NCBI GenBank assembly: GCA_001642005.1
Contig: LWCA01000008.1
Coordinates: 39,557 to 103,556 of the forward strand
Source of the DNA: Intoshia linei
Taxonomy: Eukaryota; Animalia; Orthonectida
Length of the DNA stretch: 64,000 nt
Direction of reading: 5' to 3'
The notes beneath the pieces were generated by a model. The model ran no database searches and was not told the origin of the DNA. It worked only from the letters and a program-made list of their open reading frames with translations. Positions 51,901-64,000 of the stretch are shown here, piece by piece (within the stretch, counting starts at the first letter, position 1; each line of letters starts with the position of its first letter). The position numbers and the translations under genes are program-made.

Positions 51901-54900
51901 ATCGGATTTATGGGACCAACAGGTCGAAAAGGACAAAAAGGTGCTACTGGTTCAACTGGCTCAATTGGAAGACCAGGTAAGGACGGAAACGAAGGAAAAC
52001 ACGGATTACCTGGTAATGATGGAGTTACTGGTGAAACAGGTAATGCACCTTATTAATTTTCAACATACAAGTTTAGGTCTAAAGGGTGTAAAAGGAAAGG
52101 AAGGAAAAACTGGTTCAAAAGGTGATATGGGTGTAAATGGAAGAACAGGAGCTAAAGGATCTCGTGGAATTACAGGAATAAAAGGAGAAATTGGTGTTAG
52201 AGGTAGAGATGGAAATGGAGACAAAGGTTTGACAGGCGATAAAGGACAAAGTAACTTTATGTTGAACAAATTTAACTCATTTAGAGGGAAATAGTGGAGT
52301 TAATGGAAAAAAGGGAGATCGTGGTTATGACGGGAAGAATGGTATTATAGGTATATTATAACTATAAAACTGTTCTTACATTAAATTTATTAAGGTAGTA
52401 TTGGATCAACCGGTTCAAGAGGACCCACAGGTCTACAAGGACGTAAAGGTCAAACCGGACAAACTGGTACCATCGGAAACCCTGGACACCAGGGAAATAC
52501 TGGGTTAAAAGGAAATAGAGGTGCAACGGGTTTGAGAGGTATAGATGGTAGTAAAGGTGAACGAGGTTTCTCAGGAAATGATGGCAGAAATGGTAACACT
52601 GGAAGGAATGGTATAGTTACATATACATTTTACAAAATTTTATATAGGTAGAGATGGACAAACGGGAATAAAGGGTGATAAGGGTCAAAAAGGACTAGGA
52701 ATAATGGGTATTAAAAAATATAATGTTATACAAAATCAATGTTAAGTACATTTTATAACAACTAAATGACTTTTGTAATATTGATAATATTCTTTTAACA
52801 CATTTTAAAAATTTAATAAAAAAAAATCATAAAATATATAGATATATGAGAAAGAAAGGTTGACTTGCGCTCAATTGAAAGGCTCATAACAATTTTTTTT
52901 TAAAAAACGCACCAGAAAATAATAATTAAGACAAATTATTGAAATAAAGGCTGCGTATCCCATGATGACAAATTTATACATAATATATTTATTTATTTCA
53001 AAATTTACTACATTATAATCATCTTCTATTATAAATAAAATATAATTAAAAGGACCCACTGGAGCACCTGGAAGAAATGGAAGAACAGGAAGCAGAGGTA
53101 ATGACGGTCGAGATGGGATGACAGGTAAAAAGGGAACAGATGGATACCCAGGTATAACTGGAAGACCGGGATTAGATGGAAGAGATGGTATTATCGGCCG
53201 AAGAGGTAAAACAGGAGTTCCAGGACAACCTGGACGTGGAATTAAAGGTATAATATAATTAATACAACTAATGTAGCCAATAGGTGATATTGGACCCAAA
53301 GGAGTATCAGGTGGCAAGGGTGATACTGGTATAAAAGGAGATTATGGTGAAAAAGGGCAAAAAGGTACTGCTGGAATTGGAATTACCGGAGTGAGAGGAG
53401 ACAAAGGATATAATGGACGTACTGGACAAACTGGTCAAATCGGAAAAAAAGGAGAATTAGGTTTTGCCATAACAATAAAATTTAATATACATAGGTCCAA
53501 CCGGAATTAGAGGACAAAGAGGTAGAACTGGAAGTGCTGGAAAAGATGGTAAGTATAAAATGATTTAAATAAATAAAAACTAGGTTTAACTGGATCGAGA
53601 GGATCCAAAGGTGATAGAGGAAATGATGGAAACGATGGATTAATAGGCCGAGCTGGAAACGATGGAAGAAAAGGTATATGAATATATTTAATAAATTTTA
53701 ATATTTTATGAAAGGCGATAATGGTCAAACGGGTATTCAAGGCGATAGAGGACTTACCGGACCTAAAGGTCGAATGGGTATGACTGGTCAAAGAGGAAAT
53801 GACGGATTACGTGGTATAATTCAAATTTAACAAATATAGCTTATATTAGGATTAACGGGAAAGGATGGACTCACCGGTTCGGTAGGGAGAAAGGGCTCAA
53901 GTGGGCAAGATGGCAGAGATGGAACTAAAGGCAACATCGGTAGCATTGGAAGGCCCGGGCATAAGGGAGACAAAGGAAATGAAGGTTTAACTGGAAAAAT
54001 TGGATTTCCTGGGATAACAGGAATAGGTACATAATTTTAATATATCACTCAGATATATTTATATAGGGAGACCTGGAATCGATGGAGCCAAAGGATCTAG
54101 AGGTGACCGTGGAAGTGATGGCAGAGATGGTCAAAAAGGTCAACCAGGAATAAATGGTTTAATCGGTTCTCTTGGTTTACAAGGAATAAAAGGAATATCC
54201 GGTAAGACAGGAATGAAAGGAGACAGAGGATTTTCTGGTCAAATCGGTCGTAAAGGAGAACGTGGGTTCAAGGGTGATTTAGGATTAGATGGCAAAGATG
54301 GTTTAGCTGGTTCTCCGGGAAGAGCAGGACCAAAGGGTATGACAGGTAATCCCGGATCACGTGGATTTGAAGGAAGAACTGGAGCGCCTGGTTTAAATGG
54401 TAGAACGGGTACAGCTGGAACAAAAGGACATAAAGGTATATTATAAATAAACTTAAATTTTTTTTTAATAGGTGATAGAGGATTAACTGGAATAATAGGA
54501 TTTCCAGGAATAAAAGGTTTAATTGGTGATCGAGGTAATGATGGTGTTGACGGTAGAACTGGAAATCCAGGAAGTAAGGGTCAAAAAGGAACAATTGGTA
54601 CATATATTCTATAAATATATATTATTTTGAAAATAGGGTTACAAGGATTAACTGGATCTGCGGGACGTAGAGGTAATTAAAATACAGAATAGATAATAAA
54701 ATATATACAATAATAAATTATTAGGTCAAAATGGAATTGATGGAAAAGAAGGCCCAGCTGGTAAAACCGGAAACATCGGACACAGGGGAGACAAAGGAAA
54801 TATTGGTAGATCTGGATTGACAGGATCACCTGGTAGAACTGGACCAGAAGGAGAACGTGGATTTAAGGGTGATGCTGGAATTGAAGGTAGAACAGGTTCG

Positions 54901-57900
54901 GCAGGTAGAAAAGGAAATGATGGAAATAAAGGCAACGATGGCAGTAAAGGAGATAAGGGTTCAGAAGGTCCTAAAGGATTAACTGGTCGAAACGGTATAA
55001 ACATTGTTTGCTAAATTAACTACGTTCTAGGTATCAAAGGAGACATGGGACTTACCGGAAGGCAGGGACCTAAGGGGCCTTTAGGTCTAATGGGAAGGGA
55101 AGGTATAAAAGGATCTGCAGGATCTGCAGGAAGAAAAGGTTTATTGTTATATAACTAAATAATGTAAATTATAGGTTCTAAAGGTGATCTTGGTTTAAAG
55201 GGTGATAGAGGTTATAATGGTATTGATGGGCGTTCAGGTAACAAGGGCGCTAAAGGTAACACTGGATCAAAAGGACGGACTGGGTCAATGGGACCAAAAG
55301 GTATGAAAGGAAATAGGGGTATGCCCGGAATTGGAATTAGCGTCAAGGGTGATCTTGGAATGACAGGAAGTATTGGAAGAAAAGGAGATAAAGGTAAAAT
55401 AAATAGATAGTTTATATAAAATGTCTAGGTATGACTGGATCCATTGGTATGAAAGGAAGCAAAGGAAACATAGGAATTGTATGAAATTTATTTATATTAA
55501 TGCATAGTTAACAAGGGAAAGACAGGTTTAACTGGAAATAAAGGGATGGATGGCAGGGACGGCATAGGAATCAAAGGTCAAAAAGGAGAATCTGGTCGAA
55601 TAGGACCAATTGGGGATAGAGGTTTGACGGGTTCCATAGGTAAATATTAACATTGATATTCTTAATTGTTATTTAGGCAGACCAGGAGACAAAGGAGAAA
55701 TTGGTCAAAGAGGAATCGGAGAAAAGGGTGAAAGAGGAATAACCGGTATAATTTATTTATTTATAAATGTAACGGCATAAAATAGGTATGAATGGAAGAA
55801 CTGGTTCTGTCGGAAGAAAAGGAGATGCTGGAGATAGTGGATTTGATGGAGTGAATGGAATCGATGGACGAAAAGGAGATAAAGGTTCAAATGGTTTGAC
55901 CGGTTCTATTGGACAAAATGGCCAACCAGGTCGTCAAGGCATAACTGGATCAGCTGGTAGGAAAGGTGAACTGGGTCCAAGAGGATTTATTGGGGATCGA
56001 GGCAATTAATTTATTTATTATATTTATATGATATTGTAGGTTCACCTGGTTCACGAGGTAGTCAAGGAATTGAAGGTTCAAAAGGAGAAATTGGTCAGCC
56101 TGGTAATCTATTTTTTTATAAACTAACAATTATTAAGGTCTAACGGGTCAAAATGGAAATCCCGGATCAGCTGGGTTAACTGGGAGAGCAGGACCAATAG
56201 GACCAATTGGACTTACCGGTATGAAAGGCCCGAGAGGTGGATCAGGGCCAAGAGGTTTCACTGGTGATAATGGAAATGATGGACTTGATGGTTCAAAAGG
56301 AATTAAAGGCTCTAAAGGAGACACTGGATTACGTGGAATAACTGGATTCGGTCTTCGAGGTCCAAAGGGTTTAACTGGAAGTGCCGGAAGAGATGGTTCA
56401 AAAGGTGAAATCGGTAGGAAAGGCGATAATGGTTTAAAGGGAAGCGATGGAGTTATGGGACCACGAGGTAATTATACATTTATACTTTTCATGGATTATT
56501 TGACAATGAATATTTTATATATTAGGCCTTACTGGTCAACCAGGGATTGGAATAAAAGGAGAAATTGGCTTAACCGGGTCAATTGGTATATTTTAACTTG
56601 AAAATTAATTTAAATTTATTAATAGGTCGAAAAGGTAATCAAGGAATAAATGGCTTGGATGGAACTTCTGGACGACCGGGACAAAAAGGTGATATTGGAA
56701 GTCCTGGAATTACTGGTTTAAGAGGTCAAAAAGGAAGTGATGGTAAAGGGTCAAAAGGAAATAAAGGAGACACAGGATTAACAGGACAAGTTGGAAGTAG
56801 AGGATTAGATGGTGAAAAAGGTTCAAGAGGGCTTACTGGTAATGCTGGTAGAGATGGGCCTGTTGGACTTAAAGGAATACAAGGAGATACCGGCTCAAAA
56901 GGAAGTTTAGGCTTAAAAGGAAGTGTTGGACTAAGAGGGCTTACAGGTTCAAAAGGCAATAGTGGCTCAAAAGGCAATATTGGTTTAACCGGAAACAAAG
57001 GTAGTATTGGTATAAAGGGGAATAGAGGAATAACTGGTATGGCTGGAAAAGACGGTTTAACTGGTAAAATTGGATCAAAAGGAGACAGAGGAATAACCGG
57101 AATGGGTCTACCAGGAATAAAAGGAATGCAAGGAATTAAAGGTTGTTTTAATTAAACATAAAATTAAATGTATTTAGGAGAAAACGGATTTTCCGGCCTA
57201 CCTGGCTCAGCGGGACCAAAAGGAACCGCAGGACTTACAGGCCCTAAAGGTTTTTATGTTCTACTTTAATCATACAATATTTAGGAAATAATGGATTAAC
57301 CGGCAAAACTGGATTAAAAGGAAATGCTGGAATAGACGGAAAAGAAGGACTAACAGGAAGAGCAGGAACAAAAGGAGAAACTGGCATACGTGGTTATAGT
57401 GGTTTTACAGGACCAAAGGGAGAAAGAGGTTTTAAAGGAGAGGCTGGATCAGGATCAGGAGGTGGAATTGGCATCTCTACTGCATCCGATTTATGTACCG
57501 CAAAACAATGCAACCAAAAATGCAACGTCCGCTATTCACATAGTGAAGCCACTTATATCGCTGTCTGTACTTGCAAAATTGATTATCGTTACATAGAAAT
57601 TGACGGAAACGATTGCAACTGTAATTTAACATTATAATTTTATTTACTAACTTTTACCAAAATTAGCAATTAACGAATGCAGTTACTTTAACGGGTTGTG
57701 CGAGCAGAAATGTACCAATCAAAGCATTGGATATATTTGCAGTTGTGATGAAGGTTATGAACTATCAAACAATTCTCACTCTTGTCACGGTAAATTTAAT
57801 GTATATTTATACTAAAAATTAAGATATTAATGAATGCCTGGAAATAACATCTTGCTCTGCTGAATCATTATGCTTAAATACCGTGGGAAGTTTCAAGTGT

Positions 57901-58313
57901 ATAACCTTAGAACAATATCAAGGTAAAACGGTTTTTATATAAACTAATTATATTTAGTAACCTCTTCTGAAATACAAAAAGTGATTCAGGAAACTCAACA
58001 TGACAAATTAAATGGTCTTTTGAAAGAAAAGGGATCTACAAATATAATTTTGTATTCAGTGATTGGTGCATTATTCATTTTGTTAATATCAGGCAGTGTA
58101 TTTATGCTTCGCTTCTATCGTAAAACTAACAGAAGATTTTCTAATATATGTGGAAATTTTTGTGGGCAATCAAATATGGACCTGACAGGAATTGTTCGAG
58201 ATGGACATTCTGAAACTTTATCATCCGTATACACTATATCAGGAAACCTATCAGACACCCAAAATCAATCAACACAATCGAACGAAAACAATGGTTTAAA
58301 ATTTCAATGTTGA
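45950..58313 (+). CDS. Giant transmembrane collagen: signal peptide, ~180-aa globular domain, ~2000-aa interrupted Gly-X-Y region, 3 EGF/cbEGF modules, TM helix and cytoplasmic tail
   Basis: Exon 1 MKPYCNKGLLYCIFIYTLSNLNYIFA starts at 45950, followed by exons at about 46112-46425 and 47760-47973. About 36 Gly-X-Y exons lie at 48835-57445. Then INECSYFNGLCEQKCTN..GYICSCDEGY and DINECLEITSC..CLNTVGSFKC, and TM IILYSVIGALFILLISGSVFML-RFYRK. Confidence 0.88.
46659..46905. mobile_element. hAT-type MITE
   Basis: CATGTATG|TAGGGCCGTGGA...TTCACTGCCCAG|CATGTATA (8-bp TSD, 1 mismatch). The internal 'aatcatgagggcctac' block is shared with about 18780-18950. Confidence 0.6.
49617..49872. mobile_element. 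TA-flanked MITE in a collagen intron
   Basis: TA|CAGTGGTCACTTTTGAAACAGTTCTAAA ... TTTAGGACTCTTTAGAGGGCGAGCACTG|TA, imperfect TIR. Confidence 0.5.
50490..50594. mobile_element. 105-bp hAT-type mini-MITE
   Basis: TCTACAAC|CAGGGATTGGAA...TTCCAATCCATG|TCTGCAAC. Confidence 0.65.
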
Positions 58314-58496
58314 TGGAATACAACCAAATATATAATTCCAACTAATTTTTTATATTTAAAATTAGTTCATTAACAGAAAATTGTTAAATGGTTTTACACA
58401 TTAAATTGATACTAATATCACCAATGATAATAAATTATAATATTTTAATCTTTTAACAAAAAGGTATCCATTTTATAAATTTTTTCTTTTTTCAGG

Positions 58497-61400
58497 CTAA
58501 TTTTTTGATTTTTGAGGATATTTATCTTTTTGTATTCCAAGTTTAATAATATCCATTATGGACGGTATTTGAACGTTATTTTTACAAGTCGCATCATTAT
58601 AGCATCTCTTTTGTGCTGTTTTTCGAACTGCATTTTTAAAAATGGGAAATTTTTCTCCATTTGTAGGTTTGAAATAGTTGAATATTTTAATATCCTTTTT
58701 CTTTTTCTCTTTAATGGAATTATATTTATAATAAAATTTAATAAACCTAATTGCTTATTGAACTCAATGTTTATTGTACTGGGCTTATCTCTCTTTTTCA
58801 AATATTTTAACATTACAAATTCTTTTTTAGCAAGTTTGAGGTTTGAAAGTTTTAATCCTATTAATCTTATTTTATATGGCAATTTAGTATGCTCGTCGAT
58901 GTTTATATTTAAATTTAATTCGTTTTTCAGTAACTGTATTGCTTTTTCCTTGATTCTATCAAATTTATTAGTAAAAGCTTCCAACGTAGTTGACCGCGTC
59001 ATTACAGTGAAATTTTCTTTTTTTAATTTTAGCACAATTGTTTTAAACTAAATTCTACAAAATTGTAAAATATATATACATTCATACATTATTATACAAG
59101 GGTATGAAATGATATTTCTCATCCGAATACACTTATTAAAATAAAATTAAAAAAAGAGTTTTCAGTATCATTTTATTGAATTATAATTCCATAATTATAG
59201 AATTTTAGTTAATTAAAAACGTAGTACGTTCATTTAGTTTTTAAAATATGTATGGTTCCAGGTAAGTAACAACTTGTGATAAATATTTAGAATATAATAT
59301 GAAACTCACGCACAAATTTTGATTTTGAATTTCATTATATAAATAAAGGCAAAATTGTTCAATAATTGACGTTAATTCAGAAAATTTTGATATTGGTTTA
59401 AAAGTGCTATATGAATATAAATAAATTTAAAATTTTACAAATTACCTTTCTGTACTAATACTTTTTTGGTATTCTGATCTAAATTTAAATGTCTTTAAAT
59501 GTAAGTAAAAAGAATAAAATCGAATAAATTGTATCAACATTGAAACAATAATAATTATATTTTGCTTCAAATAGTCTACAAAGCGCACAGTTTTGGTAGT
59601 ACAATGCGCAATGCGCATATTTGATTTAAAAGTAATTATATAATTTTGATAAATAAAATACCTTTTAAAAGCAGTTTTTTCTATTCCTAGAGCAATAGAT
59701 ATGAAATGTGTTGTGGCTTCTTCACCAAATAAATACAACAATTTATCGGAATTTTCTAGAATATCCAAACATGTAATGACGTTAGCAGATGAAAGCAACC
59801 CGCTCGTAACTTTTCCAATTCCACAAATCTAATAAATATTAATTCAAAAACTGTTTGTCGAGTTGATACACTAGAAAAATTTCAAGCTCAGAGTTCAATT
59901 TTCCCGATGAAGCCGTACTTTTAACCAACATATCTTCCAAATTTGTAAAAAGTTTAACATGTTAAAATAAATTAATGAAATCTGAGTTATAAATTTTTAA
60001 TATTAATGTTCGCCGTCGACCGATCCAGGTACTGTTTGGATAATTTGTAAATGACAGATCTTTCATTAATGAAAGTTACTAAAATAATCATTAAATAATA
60101 GAAATTAAACGCAATATTTTTCTTAGTATGCATATTACTATTTTGTACAGTATTGGAACTCAATTAGACTTATCTTTACATACATTGTTGATTAAAATAT
60201 TTAAACATATTTATAAAACTAAATATTATTATAACAATTTGAGCTTTTTTATTTATTCATATAATTTTGCCGACACTACTGTCTTTTCTCGATTATAAGC
60301 AGACCCCTGAAATACAAATTTTAAGTAAAATTTTTAACTAAATAAAATTTGAATATAAGCAGTTTCTGCTTGTATTCGAAAGAAAGAACTTTAAACACAA
60401 AATAGACAACATATCAATTTATTTTTAAAAAATAACTTTCTTCATACAATAGAATGTCTAATTTATAAGTTTATACTAATTATAAAAAACTTTAAGTGTA
60501 TTTTTTATATTTTTCAAGGTCTGCTTAAAAGTCTGCTTGTTTTTGATTATAAGCATTTTTCCTTCTACTCTCGAATATAAGACTTTTTATAATCGAGAAA
60601 AGACAGTAGTGAACATGACCTTTAAAAAAATCAACCACTATCTGGGTAGATCTTATTTATATCTCTTTATTGCAAAAATGCATACGTCACTGCACATTTT
60701 TTTTAAATTTTAGGATAATATTTCATTTTTAATTTTACATTAATCTAAACATTTGAAAAACTTTGGTTTTATTTTAATTTTATTTTAAAATCTAGGGCTG
60801 TTTTCAATTCCGCACTTTCCCCACCTCTGGGATAGGGTATCAACTCTTCGTATTAAAATATTTTTAAAACATGAGAGATACTCTTTTAAATAATATTAAA
60901 CAGATATTATACCAGTTTTTCCAAGCCTTTATTTATGCTAGGCCCCATTTTCACTCTTAAAAATTCTTAAACCCACTTTAAAAATGACATAACGGTCAAT
61001 TTTTTATTGGGGCTGAAATAAAACCTCAATGAAAAAAGAACTAATATTAATTCAATGACAATGTTATATTAAAAACTATGATTTTCTAATAAATCGAAAG
61101 ATTTTATTGTCGAAAGTCTAGCCAATTATGCTATTTATTTTATAGAATTAATGATATCACTGAACCTGACTTTATAAAATTAAAAAGTCTGCCCTCAGCA
61201 GATTCAGCTGCTGTTTGTACGAAGTAAATAATCAAGCTATTATTGAAAAAAATTAACATTACATTAATCTAAAGTTTTCATAATTCAAATAAATTCGTAA
61301 AATTTCCTAGGTCAACCTGTGGGACCTAGCCCCACGTTTATAAAACACTGCGTAATATCTACACAAACAATAAACTTGTACAATTAAGGATTTAAATAAT

Positions 61401-62460
61401 TAATAACCTTTTTAACTTTAATATTCTTCATTAAATCTTTAATAATGTTTGAATTAGAATAAACAAGATATTGGCCATTAGGCTTATTTATATCTGCAGC
61501 CAATTTAGCCAACATTCTATTACACCCAATCCCAGCACTAGCAGTCACGTTTGTTTCTTTAAAAATGTTAATTCTAATTGACGTGGAAATATCTTGTGCT
61601 TTTTTGTAAGCATAATTGTCAGTTAAATTCGTGAGTAAATGAGTAATATTTAACAAAGCTTCATCAAGTCCAAAACTTATAAAATTTGAATCATATTTTC
61701 TAAAAATTTGTTTTATTTTGAAACTTATATTTTGATATTTCTCATAATTGGATGGAATTATAATTAAATTGGGACAAAGTTTTTTTGCGATGAATCCAGG
61801 CATTGCAGCTCGAACTCCGAACCTTCTTGCAATATAATTTGATGTAGACTAAAATTATCAATCAATAAATAAACTAAACATTAGAATTAGTCAAACTGTT
61901 TTTCCCAAACTGATAATAACCTAATGAGCTGTAACTCGAAAACTGATTTAAAATTTGAATTAAATTAAATCAGATGAGAAAATATTTTTTTACCAGCATT
62001 GATTCACTTCCAACAGCAATGGGTTTATCAGCCAAGCTAGGATTATCTCTTATTTCGACATTGGCGAAAAATGCATCCATGTCAATATAGATAAATGTTT
62101 TATTTGTTTCTCTACATTGTTCCAATCTTTCCTTTATTTTTTCAGTCTAATTTTCATGTAGTGTAATTTTGCAATTAAGAAAATTGAAATGAATAAAATA
62201 CAAGTGTATTAATACCTTCCTTTTACAAAAAGATAATACAGATGTATCCGCCTCCTTGAGTTTTTTTTTATACTCTATAATTCTATTATTAACTCTTTCT
62301 GTTTTAATCTTTTCATTTTGATAAAACTTGGACCCTGTAAAATAATAAAAGAACATTTCCAAAAAATACCAAATGAAGCTTTTTCAATAATTTCGTTAAT
62401 TTTTTCAATATCCAAATTTGTCATACCAGCTTTGTTGTCGTTTAACTCGGTCGTTTCCAT
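58497..62460 (-). CDS. POLK: DNA polymerase kappa (Y family)
   Basis: LNDNKAGMTNLDIEKINEII..GSKFY, IYIDMDAFFANVEIRDNPSLADKPIAVG, STSNYIARRFGVRAAMPGFIAKKLCPNL, GLDEA, TASAGIGCNRMLAK, ICGIGKVT, QKSISTE and IRLIGLKLS. The final exon is inferred via a ~38-bp intron near 58710-58747. Confidence 0.95.
60279..60606. mobile_element. pogo/Tigger-type MITE in a POLK intron
   Basis: Perfect TIR TA|CTGTCTTTTCTCGATTATAA ... TTATAATCGAGAAAAGACAG|TA. Confidence 0.8.
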
Positions 62461-62979
62461 ACTTTTAATTTATTTAATTTTTATTTTCATCGAAATTGGT
62501 TTATTAAATATTAATAATGGTTAATTAATAATTAAAACTCATCAAAGTTAAAATTAATAAAATTTTGATTCAATTTTTTTAAAACTTGAAAAATAAACAA
62601 AGTTAATAGCTAAAGTATTCAAGTTAAATTTATACAACTAATATCCATCATACTGTTGGTTACATGGAACATGATTTTACAACTACAGATATTTATGATA
62701 TTTATCAGTGATAAATTATCACATAGAGTCCATATTTCATATTCATCTTATGATTTGACTATGAATTGAATCTACATTTGTTTAAAATTCATAAATTTTA
62801 AAAAGTATCGTAAATATTTGTTTCCACCACCTTGGCGCCCTTTAAAAGTATTTAAATGTTAAATTTAAATAAAAAGTAAATAAAGAAAATTTCTAAATTT
62901 GTAATAAATGCAAAATAAACAGAAGTAATGTTTATTTGATTGAATTTGACCTTAGAATATACGTGAAATATATTTTCTA
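62461..62979. promoter_or_regulatory. Probable bidirectional promoter between POLK and the JAK-like gene
   Basis: The start codons are head-to-head, about 520 bp apart. No specific elements were identified. Confidence 0.4.
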
Positions 62980-64000
62980 ATGGATTCAGTAAAAAATAAT
63001 GAAAATTCTGTTTCAGACTCTAACGACGCGTGTATATTTATATACATTTATTCCAAGGGTTCATTTACAATGACTTGCAGCTACGATATGAATACCTGTA
63101 AAAACGTTACGGCAGAATCAATAATAATGGAAATTTGCAGAAAATTGGCTATAACCGCATTTCAATTTAATGCTTTTGCTCTAAGGACACTAAAATCCAA
63201 CATTTGGTTGTCACCCAATAGATTGATGGATCCATTTGACGAACAAAGACAGCATTTGATTTTTAGAGTCCGTTTCAAACCACTACCTCAGAATTTAGAC
63301 GAATGGAAATATTTTGATCAAAGCGGGTTCAATTATTTATATGAGCAAATGGTCTTTGATTTTAAAATTGGAATGATGATGAATGATACACCATCAAACA
63401 AATTTGTGTGCATTTATTTGGCAATGTTACAGTATTTTGTGGAATGTGCAGATAATCATCAAGTTCCTTCTAATGATATTTACGATGTGGTGTGCTCGTA
63501 TATTCCAAATGATAAAAGTTGCAATTATGAAAAAAGTTACAATAGCATACAAAAAATTGGAAAATATTTTTTCAATCCAAAAAGTGATAGTATAAAGACC
63601 AAATATCCCATCAAGTATTTTTTATTTTAGATCAAGTTTAAATAATATTTAATTATTTTAGTGTATTAAAATTACAATTTATGAGGTACATTTTTAAGAA
63701 TATTGAAGATTACATGAATGAAAAATTTATTACTCCAGATCAAAAACTTGTGTCTGTTGTAAGTACAGATAGAGCAACAAACATAATTATTGAATGTTCA
63801 AGCCCTGATGTAATTATTAATATATAATACCTGGGCAAATTTTATAAACCTACAAACCAAAAATCACAACCTTGATGGAAAAAGTATGTTTTAACGAAAT
63901 AGACGTAGAACTAATTTTACCAACCCTTAAGGCTTAAGCGATCAGTTCATTTTAACCAAAAGGTTAGAAAAAATTGATTTTTAATAAACTGCATATATAT
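62980..64000 (+). CDS. Janus kinase-like protein, N-terminal FERM domain; continues beyond the window
   Basis: TAESIIMEICRKLAI....NAFAL......WLSPN.......LIFRVRFKP and FNYLYEQMVFDFKIG match the JAK FERM F1/F2 pattern. The kinase domains are not in the window. Confidence 0.75.

Noticed and set aside
49048-56998. Pro/Phe/Leu-rich minus-strand ORFs (PxxPxxP pattern)
   Set aside because: These are antisense shadows of the Gly-X-Y collagen exons (GGN codons read as Pro on the other strand).
1-64000. tRNA, rRNA and snRNA genes
   Set aside because: No cloverleaf, T-loop or rRNA signature was recognised by eye. tRNAscan-SE and Infernal would be needed to exclude small RNAs.

Overview
Very AT-rich animal genomic DNA with many 30-45 bp introns alongside long transposon-filled introns. 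The style resembles a compact spiralian genome such as an orthonectid; this is an inference, not established from the sequence. Spliced genes reconstructed by eye: FHAD1 (-, runs off the left edge); an unannotated 42-aa Cys-rich membrane microprotein (+); an LCAT/PLA2G15-like lipase (-); two tandem NPY/NPF-type neuropeptide precursors ending RPRYG-stop (-); ARMC4/ODAD2 (-); a single-pass receptor with a PstS-like (phosphate-binding-protein fold) ectodomain joined to a receptor-guanylyl-cyclase-type pseudokinase and no detectable cyclase domain (-); a tetraspanin (-); ALDH7A1 (+); a very long type-I-membrane collagen with EGF repeats (+); DNA polymerase kappa (-); and the start of a JAK-like FERM protein (+). 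Introns and intergenic DNA hold a non-autonomous Helitron-like family, several TA- and 8-bp-TSD MITEs, a foldback repeat and decayed Tc1/hAT transposase fragments. The most notable findings are the PstS-pseudokinase receptor, the minimal NPY pair, the giant Thr-rich transmembrane collagen and the microprotein.
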